Of a stretch of DNA of 32,000 nucleotides, positions 1 through 9,894 are shown one piece after another. Source of the DNA: Pyrodictium occultum. GTDB taxonomy: Archaea > Thermoproteota > Thermoprotei_A > Sulfolobales > Pyrodictiaceae. The stretch's first letter is position 1, and each line of letters opens with the position of its first letter. Location of the stretch: assembly GCF_001462395.1 (NCBI RefSeq), contig NZ_LNTB01000001.1, forward strand, positions 990,001-1,022,000, written 5' to 3'. Under the pieces are notes generated by a model. That model was not told where the DNA came from, searched no databases, and worked only from the letters and a program-made list of their open reading frames with translations. Position numbers and translations under genes: made by a program.

Positions 1-1441
1 CTCCAAGCGCCACCGAGAGGTAGATTGCATTGTATATGAGCAGCGTGGCCTCTCCGGCCAGGTTCTCGCCCGCCGTCCCCGCCGCCAGCTCCTCGGCGAA
101 GGGGTGTAGCGGGCTGGCCAGCGGCGGGTGGCCATGCCATATGGCGTTCAGCCAGCCGGCTACTGCCGGCAGGGGGCCGAAGAACTCGCCGGCGAGGAAG
201 CCGGTGGCCATGGCTACCGCGCCGAACAGCATGAGTAGTCGGCCATTGTTCCTATCACCCATCTTCCTGTAGAAGAGGTAGTAGCCGGCCAGCAGCAGGA
301 CGAGGCCGTGACCCATGTCGGGGAACATGAGGCCATAGACTAGGGGCAGCGTGAAGGCCATCAGCACCGCTGGCACGAACTCGCGGGGCCTCGGGTACCC
401 GGCCATCTCGAGTAGGCTGGCGAAGGGTGCCAGCTTCTCGCTAACCCTGAAGTAGCTCGGGGGCAGCTTCTCCCCGGCCTCTCCTCCGTGGCCCCTGCTT
501 CCCCCGGTCTCCTCGTACACCAGGGCCGTGTAGCCCCCGCCCAGGCTGGCGAGGGCCTCCTCGAGGTCTCCCTCCCTCCCGGGGGCGATGTACCCGTTGA
601 TCACGGCGAGCAGCCTGGTTATACGGGTGGCCTCGAGGAGGCTGAGCAGCCTCTTGGCAGCCTCAACCTTTACGAGCGCCTCCCGGATCCTGGGGGCGTG
701 GCGCCGGAGAGCCAGGGGCAGTTCCTCCAGCTCCCTGCGCACCCTGCTTATGGCCTCGGCGGGGATTCTCGGCAGGCCCTCGGGCACCTCTAGGGGCACT
801 GCCCTGCTCCGGAGAGCGGCCTTGCCGACCTCCGCCTCAAGCCATGTGGGGTAGGCGACCACAACCGTCTCCATTCCCTCCTCTATCCCGGTGGCATGGA
901 GGCCTGCTATGGCTCCGATTGCCTCAAGGTCGGCTATGAAGCCCGCCACTGAGCCCCGGGGGACGCGGTAGACCTTGGCCCGTATGTAGCTGTTCCTCTT
1001 CAACGCCTCGATATCGATGTTTATGAAGCTGTAGGCCTCCAGCGCGGCCAGCATCTCGGCCAGCTCGGACTCGGGGTTCCGGAGCTGGGAGAGCCTCTCC
1101 ACAAGCGACTCCACGTCCCTCACAGCTCTGTCTATCTCGCCTAGGAGCCTAGAGAGCCCGATGTCGGCCTCACGGCTGATCTTGAGAACCTGCTCCCCCT
1201 CGGCGGCGCCCGCCCCAGCCTCCTCAGCGGCGCGCAGGAGCTCGAGGAGCCGCTGCGCCAGCGACTCCAGCTCGCTGCGCAGGTGGCGTAGGGTCTGCGA
1301 GAGCGCCCCCTCCGCCTCGAGGGGCTCCGGGTGGAGGCAGCCGCACTCGGCCAGCAGCTTGAGGGTGTCGGCTAGCGCCTCCCTAGCCACTATCACCGAC
1401 ACCGGGCTGGTGGGCTGGGCTATGAGCGTGGACGCGGCCAT
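1..1441 (-). CDS. atpI: A-type (V-type) ATP synthase subunit I, N-terminal part. The gene runs off the window at its 3' end.
   Basis: Not in the ORF track because it has no stop inside the window. My translation from ATG (complement of 1439-1441) reads MAASTLIAQPTSPVSVIVAREALADTLKLLAECG... It has a long coiled-coil-like cytoplasmic domain, then membrane helices (FVPAVLMAFTLPLVYGLMFPDMGHGLVLLLAGYYLF). It is divergent from atpF-E-A-B-D. Confidence 0.85.
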   Translation of the reverse strand, partial: MAASTLIAQPTSPVSVIVAREALADTLKLLAECGCLHPEPLEAEGALSQTLRHLRSELESLAQRLLELLRAAEEAGAGAAEGEQVLKISREADIGLSRLLGEIDRAVRDVESLVERLSQLRNPESELAEMLAALEAYSFINIDIEALKRNSYIRAKVYRVPRGSVAGFIADLEAIGAIAGLHATGIEEGMETVVVAYPTWLEAEVGKAALRSRAVPLEVPEGLPRIPAEAISRVRRELEELPLALRRHAPRIREALVKVEAAKRLLSLLEATRITRLLAVINGYIAPGREGDLEEALASLGGGYTALVYEETGGSRGHGGEAGEKLPPSYFRVSEKLAPFASLLEMAGYPRPREFVPAVLMAFTLPLVYGLMFPDMGHGLVLLLAGYYLFYRKMGDRNNGRLLMLFGAVAMATGFLAGEFFGPLPAVAGWLNAIWHGHPPLASPLHPFAEELAAGTAGENLAGEATLLIYNAIYLSVALG

Positions 1442-1500
1442 GCAGCCTCACCGCGGCCGGCGCGCTACCCTTCCTCCCGCCGGCCCTCAGCGTTACTGCA

Positions 1501-1512
1501 ATATTTAAATAT
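1501..1512. promoter_or_regulatory. Perfectly palindromic TATA-like box (atatttaaatat) in the atpI/atpF divergent intergenic region
   Basis: This is the only AT-rich element in the 105-bp GC-rich spacer. It lies 35 nt upstream of the atpF TTG (1547) and 60 nt upstream of the atpI ATG (1441). Confidence 0.5.
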
Positions 1513-1546
1513 CATAGTTCTGCCCCTGGGCCCAGGAGGCCGAGTC

Positions 1547-1855
1547 TTGGCGGCAAGGCGTGTGGTGGTTGTAGCCGACACCTACACGGTCTACGCCTTC
1601 CGCCTCCTAGGGGTGGAGGGCTATAGCGTGAACTCGCCCCGCGAAGCCGCCAGGGTTGTCGAGAGCCTCATACCCCGCGAGGACGTGGGCCTCGTCCTGC
1701 TCTCGGCCGAGTACTTTGACGAGGCGAGGGAGGCTGTGGATAGGTTCCGCCGCGCCCGCAGCGACGCGGTGATAGCCCGGCTCCCCACGGTCCGCGAGCC
1801 GGGCAGGCCCATGGATGTTCAGAGGGAGCTTCTCAGGGCACTAGGCATGGGGTGA
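1547..1855 (+). CDS. atpF: A-type ATP synthase subunit F
   Basis: ~100 aa protein with VVVVADTYTVYAFRLLGVEG...LVLLSAEYFDE, typical of subunit F, placed first in the atp operon. The start is uncertain: TTG 1547, or GTG at 1559/1562. Confidence 0.85.
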   Translation: MAARRVVVVADTYTVYAFRLLGVEGYSVNSPREAARVVESLIPREDVGLVLLSAEYFDEAREAVDRFRRARSDAVIARLPTVREPGRPMDVQRELLRALGMG

Positions 1856-1862
1856 GCCTGCG

Positions 1863-2489
1863 ATGGCTGCGCGCATCCGGCTGATAGGCAGCCCGGAGAA
1901 GCTCGTCGACGAGGTTATTGAGAGGGCTAGGAGGAACGCCGAGGCCAGGATGAACGAGGCGCTGGAGGCAGCTAGGAAGATACTCGACAAGGCCTTCGAG
2001 GAGAGCCTTAGCCGGCTGGAGGAGGAGCTGAGGAGGAGCGCGAGGAGCGCGAGCGAGAGACTGGAGTCATTCGCCGCGCGCCACGAGGTGGAGCTCCGGA
2101 AGAAGATAGCGAAGCTGCGCGCCGAGGCTGTAGAGGAGGCGCTGAGGCAGGCCCTCGAGAAGCTGCGCAGCACTGTGGGCGAGGAGGAGTATACCGGCTT
2201 CCTAGCCAGGCTGCTCGAGGAGGCTGCCAGGAGACTCGCCGCCGAGTATAGGGAGCTGGTGGTGGTGCCGGCGGGGCCTGACAGGGAGGCGGTGAAGAGG
2301 GCGGTGAAGAGGGCGCGGCTCCCCGGCGGGGTCAAGGCGTCCCTGGCGGACGAGACCGTGGAGGGTATAGGCGGCTTCATAATACGCGCCCGGGGCGGCC
2401 CCTCGCTGGATTACCGGCTGGACGTGGTGCTCTCAACGGCAGTAGAGGAGGCTAGGTCCAGGATTGCCAGCATTCTTTTTGAAGAGTAG
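1863..2489 (+). CDS. atpE: A-type ATP synthase subunit E
   Basis: 208 aa. The N-terminal half is a charged helix ([22 protein letters not shown]...) and the C-terminal part is globular ([21 protein letters not shown]). It sits between atpF and atpA. Confidence 0.85.
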   Translation: MAARIRLIGSPEKLVDEVIERARRNAEARMNEALEAARKILDKAFEESLSRLEEELRRSARSASERLESFAARHEVELRKKIAKLRAEAVEEALRQALEKLRSTVGEEEYTGFLARLLEEAARRLAAEYRELVVVPAGPDREAVKRAVKRARLPGGVKASLADETVEGIGGFIIRARGGPSLDYRLDVVLSTAVEEARSRIASILFEE

Positions 2490-2566
2490 AGCTTAACGCA
2501 GTCTCTCCCACCCCGGGAGTCGTGGGTGCAGGGGAGGAGCCTAGCCACACTAGTCTAGAAGGGAGG

Positions 2567-4384
2567 ATGAGCAGTATGCCCGTGAAGGGTAGGATTATCC
2601 GCGTGGCCGGCCCCCTCGTGGTAGCCGAGGGCATGCAGGGCGTGCAGATGTACGAGATGGTCGAGGTAGGCGAGGAGAGGCTCGTAGGCGAGGTCAACAG
2701 GATAGTGGGTGACAAGGCCTACATCCAGGTCTACGAGACCACCACCGGCATCAAGCCGGGCGAGCCCGTCTACGGCACCGGGGCCCCTCTAAGCGTGGAA
2801 CTCGGCCCCGGGCTTATAGGCAGGATATATGACGGCATCCAGAGGCCCCTCGACGCTATAAGGGATCAGACGAAGAGCATATTCATACGTAGAGGCGTCA
2901 AGGTCCCCGCCCTCGACCGTGGCAGGAAATGGAGCTTCAAGCCTTCCGGGCTCAGGCCGGGCGACAAGGTGTCCGGCGGGGACGTGCTGGGCGAGGTCCC
3001 CGAGACTTCTCTCGTCACACACCGCGTCCTCGTGCCGCCGGGAGTGCATGGCGTGCTCCGCTGGATAGCCTCGGAGGGCGAGTACACGGTAGAGGACACT
3101 ATAGCCGAGGTGGAGGCGGGCGACGACAGGAAGTTTGAAATCAAGCTATACCACCGCTGGCCCGTCCGCAGGCCCAGGCCTGTAGTGGAGAAAATGGATC
3201 CCGTGGAGCCGCTGATCACGGGCCTCCGCGTTATAGACACCATGTTCCCCATGGCTAAAGGCGGTACCGGCGCCATACCTGGGCCCTTCGGCAGCGGGAA
3301 GACCGTGACCCTCCAGAGCCTGGCGAAGTGGAGCTCCGCGAAGATAGTCATCTACATAGGCTGCGGCGAGCGCGGCAACGAGATGACCGAGGTGCTGGAG
3401 ACCTTCCCAGAGCTGCAGGACCCCTGGACGGGCAAGCCCATGATGGAGCGCACTATACTGATAGCCAACACTAGCAACATGCCTGTCGCGGCTAGGGAGG
3501 CCAGCATCTATACCGGCATAACCATGGCTGAGTACTATAGAGACATGGGCTACGACGTGCTCCTAGTAGCTGACTCCACCAGCCGTTGGGCGGAGGCACT
3601 CCGCGAGATAGCAGGCCGCCTCGAGGAGATGCCCGCCGAGGAGGGCTACCCGAGCTACCTGGCCTCCAGGCTGGCAGAGTTCTACAGCCGTGCTGGCCGC
3701 GTCCGCGTCCCCGGCAAGCCGGAGCGCGTGGGCAGCGTGACGGTGGTCGGGGCCGTCTCGCCGCCCGGCGGCGACTTCACCGAGCCCGTTACCGCTAACA
3801 CTAAGAGGTTCATCCGTGTCTTCTGGGCGCTAGACGCCAAGCTGGCCTACAGCAGGCACTACCCGGCTATAAACTGGCTACTCAGCTACTCCGCCTACGT
3901 CGAGACCGTGGCCAAGTGGTGGCACGAGAACATTAGCCCCAAGTGGCTGGAGTACCGCAACACCGCCTACGAGCTGCTGCTCCGCGAGGACGAGCTGAGG
4001 GAGATAGTGAGGCTCGTCGGCACTGAGGGCCTCAGCGAGAAGGACAAGCTGGTGCTCGAGGTAGCTAGGATCATAAGGGAGGGCTTCCTCCAGCAGAACG
4101 CGTTCGACAAGATAGACGCGTTCGCAACACCGCAGAAGCAGTGGAAGCAGCTGGAGACTATAATAGACTTCTACAAGGCCGCCCTCGACGCCCTCGACCA
4201 CGGCATGACCGTGAAGGAGATACGCGAGAAGCTCGCAGACAAGATACGCGAGTTCATAATGGCTAGGTTCAACGTGCCCAACGACAGGCTGGAGGAGCTT
4301 GACAGGATAAAGCAGGAGCTGCTCAAGGGCCTGGAGGAGCTTATGGAGCAGCGCGGCTCCCTGGCCGCGGCCCCCACAGCCTAG
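2567..4384 (+). CDS. atpA: A-type ATP synthase catalytic subunit A
   Basis: Walker [10 protein letters not shown], plus [16 protein letters not shown] and [10 protein letters not shown] motifs. The track ORF starts at GTG 2522. ATG 2567 is preceded by gaagggagg and matches the usual [20 protein letters not shown]-terminus. Confidence 0.97.
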   Translation: MSSMPVKGRIIRVAGPLVVAEGMQGVQMYEMVEVGEERLVGEVNRIVGDKAYIQVYETTTGIKPGEPVYGTGAPLSVELGPGLIGRIYDGIQRPLDAIRDQTKSIFIRRGVKVPALDRGRKWSFKPSGLRPGDKVSGGDVLGEVPETSLVTHRVLVPPGVHGVLRWIASEGEYTVEDTIAEVEAGDDRKFEIKLYHRWPVRRPRPVVEKMDPVEPLITGLRVIDTMFPMAKGGTGAIPGPFGSGKTVTLQSLAKWSSAKIVIYIGCGERGNEMTEVLETFPELQDPWTGKPMMERTILIANTSNMPVAAREASIYTGITMAEYYRDMGYDVLLVADSTSRWAEALREIAGRLEEMPAEEGYPSYLASRLAEFYSRAGRVRVPGKPERVGSVTVVGAVSPPGGDFTEPVTANTKRFIRVFWALDAKLAYSRHYPAINWLLSYSAYVETVAKWWHENISPKWLEYRNTAYELLLREDELREIVRLVGTEGLSEKDKLVLEVARIIREGFLQQNAFDKIDAFATPQKQWKQLETIIDFYKAALDALDHGMTVKEIREKLADKIREFIMARFNVPNDRLEELDRIKQELLKGLEELMEQRGSLAAAPTA

Positions 4385-4427
4385 GTTTTCGGCCCCCACA
4401 CGTACCCGTGACCGAGCCATAGGCTGC

Positions 4428-5873
4428 GTGGTGGCAAGAGCCTTGGCGGTGGCCCCCGAGTCGAGAGTTATACGCGAGTATGAGAGTATACGTGAGATAC
4501 GTGGCCCCCTACTCATAGTCGAGGGTATAAGCGACGCGGCCTACGACGAGATAGTGGAGGTGGAGCTGCCCAGCGGGGAGAGGAGGCGCGGCCGCGTACT
4601 CGAGACTGGGAGGGGCTACGCCGTAGTCCAGGTGTTTGAAGGCACTACCGGCATCAGCTTGACCGGGACCAAGGTAAGGTTCCTCGCCAGGACCCTCGAG
4701 GTCAAGGTCTCGGACGAGATGCTGGGCAGGGTATTCAACGGGCTAGGCGACCCGATCGACGGCGGCCCGCCGATAACCAGCGGCGTGTGGCGCGACATCA
4801 ACGGCGACCCGCTCAACCCGGCGGCCCGCGCCTACCCGGAGGACTTCATCCAGACCGGCATCTCCGCCATAGACGGTATGAACACGATGGTCCGCGGGCA
4901 GAAGCTGCCCCTCTTCAGCGGCGCCGGCCTCCCCCACAACAAGCTAGCCGTGCAGATAGCTAGGCAGGCCACGGTCCGCACGGGCGAGGAGTTTGCAGTA
5001 GTCTTCGCAGCCATAGGCGTGATGCACGATGACGCCCTCTTCTTCAAGAAGTTCTTCGAGGAGACCGGCGCTATAAAGAGGGCGGCGCTCTTCATAAACC
5101 TAGCCGATGAGCCCGCCTCGGTCAGGCTGATAACCCCGCGCATAGCGCTCACCCTCGCCGAGCACCTGGCCTTCGACCTGGGCATGCACGTGCTGGTGAT
5201 ACTCACCGATATGACGAACTACGCTGAGGCGCTCCGCGAGATCAGCGCCGCCCGCGAGGAGGTGCCGGGCCGCCAGGGCTACCCCGGCTACATGTACAGC
5301 GACCTGGCGAGCATCTACGAGAGGGCTGGCCGCGCCCACGGGAGGAAGGGCAGCATAACGCAGATGCCCATACTCACGATGCCTAACGACGATATAACAC
5401 ACCCGATACCCGACCTGACCGGCTACATAACTGAGGGCCAGATAGTGCTGAGTCGCGAGCTCTACAACCGCGGCATTTACCCGCCGATAAACGTGCTGAT
5501 GAGCCTCTCCAGGCTGATGAAGGAGGGCATAGGTCCCGGTAAGACTAGGGAGGACCACGCTAATGTCTCCGACCAGCTATACGCAGCCTACAGCCGCGCC
5601 GTGGAGCTGAGGAGCCTCGCAGCGATAGTGGGCGAGGAGAGCCTCAGCGAGGTGGACCGCAAGTACCTGAGGTTCGCGGAGGCGTTCGAGCAGAGGTTCC
5701 TCAAGCAGGGCTTCTACGAGAACCGGAGCATAGAGGAGACGCTCGACATAGCATGGGAGGTGCTCTCGATACTCCCGGAGAGCGAGCTCTACAGGATCAA
5801 GGACGAGTTCATACGCAAGTACCACCCCAAGTACAGGAAGAAGGCGGGCGAGCAGGCCAAGGAGGAGGGCTGA
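4428..5873 (+). CDS. atpB: A-type ATP synthase subunit B
   Basis: [31 protein letters not shown] and [34 protein letters not shown] are canonical subunit B sequences. Confidence 0.97.
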   Translation: MVARALAVAPESRVIREYESIREIRGPLLIVEGISDAAYDEIVEVELPSGERRRGRVLETGRGYAVVQVFEGTTGISLTGTKVRFLARTLEVKVSDEMLGRVFNGLGDPIDGGPPITSGVWRDINGDPLNPAARAYPEDFIQTGISAIDGMNTMVRGQKLPLFSGAGLPHNKLAVQIARQATVRTGEEFAVVFAAIGVMHDDALFFKKFFEETGAIKRAALFINLADEPASVRLITPRIALTLAEHLAFDLGMHVLVILTDMTNYAEALREISAAREEVPGRQGYPGYMYSDLASIYERAGRAHGRKGSITQMPILTMPNDDITHPIPDLTGYITEGQIVLSRELYNRGIYPPINVLMSLSRLMKEGIGPGKTREDHANVSDQLYAAYSRAVELRSLAAIVGEESLSEVDRKYLRFAEAFEQRFLKQGFYENRSIEETLDIAWEVLSILPESELYRIKDEFIRKYHPKYRKKAGEQAKEEG

Positions 5874-5906
5874 GCCCAGCACCCCGGGGTGTAGCAGGCC
5901 TTGTCC

Positions 5907-6566
5907 ATGACCTTCGGCGGCGCCTCTAGGGTGCTGCCAACCAAGATAAACCTGATCAACCTGCGCAGGGAGCTGAAGAACCTCAGGAGGATAAGGAGGG
6001 TAGTCGAGGAGAAGAGGGATGTAATCCTCCTGTACATAAGGCAGCTGGGCCAGGAGTACCGGAGGGAGTACGAGAAGGTCGCCGAGGCGCTGGCGGACGC
6101 CTACCGGAGCTTCTTCCTAGCACTCATGACCAGCGGCGGCCTCGAGGAGGTTAAGCCTGTGCTAGAATCCGTGCCCAGCAGCATGGAGGTGGACGTGGCT
6201 GCCAGGGTGCTGTTCGCCGTCAAGACGCCGAGCTACAGGCTTAGGGGTGATACGGTGCCCCCGCTGCCAGTCTCCGCCGCCCGCCTCTCCCCCTCGCTGA
6301 TCCGGGCTAGGGAGAGGCTGCTGGAGGTCTTCCAGAGCCTGCTGAAGGTTGTGGAGACGGAGGCTGCCATACAGAGGCTGCTGGAGGAGCTGCGGGAGAC
6401 CCAGAGGCTGCTGAACGCGCTCGACTACAGCATTATACCCAGCTACGAGCAGAACATAAAGTACATAAAGCTGGTGCTGGACGACCGGATGAGGGAGGAG
6501 GTGATAAGGCTGAAGACTCTGAAGAAGAGGCTGGCCCGGAGCCGCGGCGGCGAGGGCCTAGCCTAG
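5907..6566 (+). CDS. atpD: A-type ATP synthase subunit D
   Basis: PTKINLINLRRELKNLRRIRRVVEEKRDVIL at the N-terminus and a coiled-coil C-terminus (ETQRLLNALDYSIIPSYEQNIKYIKLVLDDRMREE). The ATG at 5907 is in frame with the track TTG at 5901. Confidence 0.9.
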   Translation: MTFGGASRVLPTKINLINLRRELKNLRRIRRVVEEKRDVILLYIRQLGQEYRREYEKVAEALADAYRSFFLALMTSGGLEEVKPVLESVPSSMEVDVAARVLFAVKTPSYRLRGDTVPPLPVSAARLSPSLIRARERLLEVFQSLLKVVETEAAIQRLLEELRETQRLLNALDYSIIPSYEQNIKYIKLVLDDRMREEVIRLKTLKKRLARSRGGEGLA

Positions 6567-6578
6567 GCCCCTCTCCCC

Positions 6579-7397
6579 CTAGGCCTTCTCCACCCTGAGC
6601 CCCTTCCTCTCCGCGAAGTCCGCCACAAGCCTCTTGACGCGGGAGGATACTTTGGCCAGCCTCACCGAGTCCACCGGGTCCCTGCTCTTATCCACCGCCT
6701 GGGCCAGGACCTCCTCTGTGAGGCTGTTCAGCACGTGCCTCGAGAATATGTGGCTGTAGCACACCCCCTCCTCGAGAACCGCCCTGGTGTGGCTGGCCGG
6801 GTAGTGGGTGTCGCCCACGCCCATTGCTACCGAGGCGCAGGGCTCGCTGAGCCAGCCCCTTTCTAGGACGCGGAGCACCGTCTCCGCCAGGGCCCGGTGG
6901 GCGTCGCTCCTGCCCCACTCTCTCTCGCCGCTCCCGATCTCGATGAACACTATAGGCTTCTTCAGGCTCGTCGGCCCGTGGTGGGTCGCCTCGAGGCTCA
7001 GGCTAAACTCCTGGAGGAGCCCGGCCTCCCCAGCAACCCTCCGGTACTCCCTGATCAGCGCTACCAGCAGCCGGGGCCAGGTGTGGGCCAGCTCCCTGGG
7101 CCTCCCACCGTAGGGGGCCTCCGGCCCGGGGTTGCCGGGGTAGTGGGCTGTGAGGGAAGGCTTTCCGCCGCTGTGCCTGCTGAGCACTATGTAGGCCTCC
7201 ACCTCGGAGGGCGCCACCTCGTCAAGGAAGTCGAGGTGGATGCTGTCCTCCGAGAAGCCCGCCAGGTAGGCATTGAGCCCGGGGCTATGGAGGCACTCAG
7301 CTGCCCTGGGCAGGCTGCAGCTCCTCCAGTCAGTGAGCCTCCGCAGCTCCCTGGCCGCGCCGCTGCCCGCTGTGTCGGGGAGCGAGTACACCAGCAT
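6579..7397 (-). CDS. dtdA: Archaeal-type D-aminoacyl-tRNA deacylase (DTD2)
   Basis: EATHHGPTSLKKPIVFIEIGSGEREW and GVGDTHYPASHTRAVLEEG match the DTD2 family as I remember it from Pyrococcus. The track ORF extends to 7664, but that extension is Arg/Ser/Ala-rich and crosses the atpK promoter and start. ATG 7397 or GTG 7400 gives the family-typical MLVYSLPDTAGS start. Confidence 0.85.
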   Translation of the reverse strand: MLVYSLPDTAGSGAARELRRLTDWRSCSLPRAAECLHSPGLNAYLAGFSEDSIHLDFLDEVAPSEVEAYIVLSRHSGGKPSLTAHYPGNPGPEAPYGGRPRELAHTWPRLLVALIREYRRVAGEAGLLQEFSLSLEATHHGPTSLKKPIVFIEIGSGEREWGRSDAHRALAETVLRVLERGWLSEPCASVAMGVGDTHYPASHTRAVLEEGVCYSHIFSRHVLNSLTEEVLAQAVDKSRDPVDSVRLAKVSSRVKRLVADFAERKGLRVEKA

Positions 7398-7493
7398 CAC
7401 TGGCGCCCTGCCCGCCACTACGGCTCCCTCCCGGGGGCTGGGTGTCCTCAACCGCCTCTCTCCGGCGGCTGCCCTGCGGCCGCGGGATGATAC

Positions 7494-7512
7494 CCGTATA
7501 GTATTTTTATCT
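7494..7512. promoter_or_regulatory. AT-rich TATA-like element (gtatagtatttttatctct) between divergent dtdA and atpK
   Basis: This is the only AT-rich stretch in the spacer. It lies ~35-50 nt upstream of the atpK ATG at 7546. Confidence 0.45.
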
Positions 7513-7545
7513 CTGACATACAACACGCTCAACCGGTGCAAACCA

Positions 7546-7866
7546 ATGGAGATTGGGGCCGGGCTCATGAGGGCTCTCGCCCTGCTGGCGCTACTGTCTC
7601 TGATACCGGCGCTGCATGCGCAGGCGGCCTCCGCCGACCCTGCGGGCAACGTGGCCTCGGCCAAGGCCTGGGCAGCCGCGGCAACTATGGGCCTCAGCGC
7701 CCTCGGCGCCGGCTACGCCCTCGCCAAGGCTGGAGCCGCTGCCAGCGCCGCTGCAGCTGAGAGGCCGGAAGTCGCCGGCAGGCTGCTGATATACCTGGTG
7801 CTGGGCGAGGGTCTCGCCATCTACGGGCTGCTGATTGCCATACTGATAATATTCGCGGTGAAGTAG
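7546..7866 (+). CDS. atpK: A-type ATP synthase proteolipid (c/K subunit)
   Basis: 106 aa. It has an Ala/Gly-rich hairpin with the conserved carboxylate helix LVLGEGLAIYGLLIAILIIF. The track ORF starts at 7273, and the in-frame ATG at 7546 follows the TATA-like box. Confidence 0.85.
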   Translation: MEIGAGLMRALALLALLSLIPALHAQAASADPAGNVASAKAWAAAATMGLSALGAGYALAKAGAAASAAAAERPEVAGRLLIYLVLGEGLAIYGLLIAILIIFAVK

Positions 7867-7878
7867 CCCCGCGGCTAC

Positions 7879-7943
7879 GCCGGAAACCGGCCCACGGTTT
7901 TTAGCAGCGTCACCGGAATCCCCACGGCCGGGGCCCCCTTTTT
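7879..7943 (+). terminator. Putative archaeal terminator region: a short hairpin plus two T5 runs downstream of atpK
   Basis: The hairpin gccgg-aaa-ccggc is at 7879-7891. TTTTT runs are at 7898-7902 and 7939-7943, in otherwise GC-rich sequence. Confidence 0.4.
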
Positions 7944-8013
7944 ACCGAACCAGGTTCTCCAGGCATCCAGCCCCCCGGGTGTTCTCCAGGGCAGCGGAGG
8001 TGCCACGCGCCCC

Positions 8014-9465
8014 TTGCCTGCGAAGAGGGAGCGGTGGAGTAGGGAGTTCTCGCGGTGGTTCGACTGGGTGCTCGAGGAGGCCGGGATCTACGACTACGGG
8101 CGTTACCCGGTCAAAGGTATGGGTGTCTGGCTGCCCTACGGCTTCCAGATTAGGAGGAGGGTTATCGAGCTCGTCAGGAGGGTGCTCGACGGGGCCGGGC
8201 ATGAGGAGGTTCTCTTCCCCCTGCTGATACCCGAGACCCTGCTCCGGAGGGAGAGCGAGCACATCCGTGGCTTCGAGGGTGAGGTCTACTGGGTCGCCCA
8301 CGGCGGCTCGGAGCCCCTCGACGTGAGGCTCGCGCTGCGGCCCACGAGCGAGACGAGTATAAGCTACATGGAGAGCTTCTGGATTAAGAGCTACAAGCAG
8401 CTTCCCCGCCGGTTCTACCAGATAGTGAGCATTTTCCGCTACGAGACCAAGGCCACGCGGCCACTGATAAGGCTGAGGGAGGTAACCACCTTCAAGGAGG
8501 CCCACACGGTTCATGCCAGCTTCGAGGACGCTGACCGCCAGGTGGCGGAGGCTATAGAGCTCTACAAGCGGATATTCGACGAGCTCGGGATACCCTACGC
8601 GGTGAGCAGGAGGCCGGAGTGGGACAAGTTCGCGGGCGCCGTCTACACAGTGGCCTTCGATACAGTAATGCCGGACGGGAGGGTGCTGCAGATAGGCACC
8701 GTGCACCACCTGGGCCAGAACTTCACCATACCCTTCGAGGTCCGCATACAGCTGCCGGACGAGAGCCTCGACTACGCCTGGCAGACGAGCTACGGGCTCA
8801 GCGACAGGGTGATAGCGAGCCTAATAGCCCTCCACGGCGACGATCGGGGCGCCGCGCTGCCCCCCGCGGTGGCCCCCATCCAGGTGGTGGTCGTCCCGAT
8901 ACCTGCCCGCGGGGAGGAGCAGGCCCGGAGGCTGGAGGAGTACATCGGGGAGGTCGAGGAGAGGCTCCGCCGCCTGGGGCTCCGCTACCACGTGGACCGG
9001 AGGGAGGAGGTGAGGCCGGGCAGGAAGTTCTACGAGTGGGAGGCCCGCGGCGTCCCGGTGAGGATAGAGGCCGGGCCCAAGGAGGCTGAGACCAGGACCC
9101 TGGTGGTAGCGCGGCGCGACACCCTCGAGAAGACAGTCGTGAAGCTGGAGGAGCTGGAGGAGAAGCTACCCGGCATCCTCGAGGACGTTGCCAGGGGGCT
9201 CCGCGAGCGGGCTTGGAGCTGGCTGCGCAGCAAGGTGAAGAGGGTCGAGGGCGTGGAGGAGGCGGGGAGGGCTATCGAGGAGGAGAGGGGGATAGTCGAG
9301 CTGCCCTGGTGCGGCAACGAGGAGTGCGGCAAGAGGCTCGAGGAGGAGGTCGACGCGGCGGTGCTGGGCTCGCCGCTGGAGAGGCCGGAGTGGGTTAGGG
9401 GCAAACGGTGCCCCGTATGCGGCCGGCCCGCTGTGACGAGTATAAGGCTTGCGAAGACCTACTAG
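8014..9465 (+). CDS. proS: Prolyl-tRNA synthetase, archaeal/eukaryotic type
   Basis: Class II motifs are present ([34 protein letters not shown]). There is a C-terminal Zn-binding module (CGNEECG...CPVCGRPA) and the terminal Tyr (..RLAKTY) characteristic of this ProRS type. The start is TTG. Confidence 0.95.
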   Translation: MPAKRERWSREFSRWFDWVLEEAGIYDYGRYPVKGMGVWLPYGFQIRRRVIELVRRVLDGAGHEEVLFPLLIPETLLRRESEHIRGFEGEVYWVAHGGSEPLDVRLALRPTSETSISYMESFWIKSYKQLPRRFYQIVSIFRYETKATRPLIRLREVTTFKEAHTVHASFEDADRQVAEAIELYKRIFDELGIPYAVSRRPEWDKFAGAVYTVAFDTVMPDGRVLQIGTVHHLGQNFTIPFEVRIQLPDESLDYAWQTSYGLSDRVIASLIALHGDDRGAALPPAVAPIQVVVVPIPARGEEQARRLEEYIGEVEERLRRLGLRYHVDRREEVRPGRKFYEWEARGVPVRIEAGPKEAETRTLVVARRDTLEKTVVKLEELEEKLPGILEDVARGLRERAWSWLRSKVKRVEGVEEAGRAIEEERGIVELPWCGNEECGKRLEEEVDAAVLGSPLERPEWVRGKRCPVCGRPAVTSIRLAKTY

Positions 9466-9607
9466 CCTCCTCATGCTCCAGGTAGAGGCGGAGGGCCTTC
9501 TCAAGCACCCTCCCTAGGTCCCCATGGCCCTCCCTCTCGGCGGCCCTCTCAAGGGCCGCCGCCTCCTCCTCGCTGAGCGCCACGGCCACGAGCACCTTCC
9601 CGGGCAC
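9395..9607 (-). CDS. Possible small ribbon-helix-helix (CopG-like) protein
   Basis: The first ~48 aa ([45 protein letters not shown]) fit a beta-strand/helix/helix RHH pattern. The GTG-initiated ORF tail overlaps the convergent proS 3' end by ~70 nt. There is no partner gene. Confidence 0.35.
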   Translation of the reverse strand: MPGKVLVAVALSEEEAAALERAAEREGHGDLGRVLEKALRLYLEHEEASRSSQALYSSQRAGRIRGTVCP

Positions 9608-9894
9608 GGCCCCGGACCCCCGCCTATCTGGGGTAGCGGGTGCTACCTTTAGAAGCTGGTAGCCCCACAGCCTGACAGGTATCCAGTATGGCCTCTCCCG
9701 GAGCTGTTGGTAGCACGCGCCCGGCAGGGAGTAGGTGTGAGGGGCTTCAGCGGCCTGGCTCAGCCCATCGGCCCCGGGAGGGGCCTATGGCCGCTTTTAA
9801 CCCTCGTCACCAGCCCTCCCAGGGGGTACCCGGGGCTTGTAGGCCTGTAATTACACCCTCGTCGGGAGGTGTCCCCGGCCAGTTGTCCACCGCC

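Noticed and set aside
1841-2380. 179-aa minus-strand ORF antisense to atpE. Similar long antisense or alternative-frame ORFs occur at 2866-3351, 3878-4516, 4832-5206, 5100-5558 and 5577-5882.
   Set aside because: Their composition is Ser/Ala/Leu/Arg-rich and low in complexity. They lie opposite strongly recognisable ATP synthase genes. High G+C suppresses stop codons in non-coding frames.
7398-7664. N-terminal 89-aa extension of the dtdA ORF, and the 7273-7545 extension of the atpK ORF
   Set aside because: The two extensions overlap each other and the AT-rich promoter element. Both are Arg/Ser/Ala-rich. The family-typical N-termini begin at 7397/7400 and 7546.
7942-8709. 255-aa minus-strand ORF, plus the plus-strand ORFs 7979-8227 and 8619-9089, all overlapping proS
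   Set aside because: They are Pro/Gly/Arg/Glu-rich with no recognisable motifs. The proS frame carries unmistakable class II synthetase motifs.
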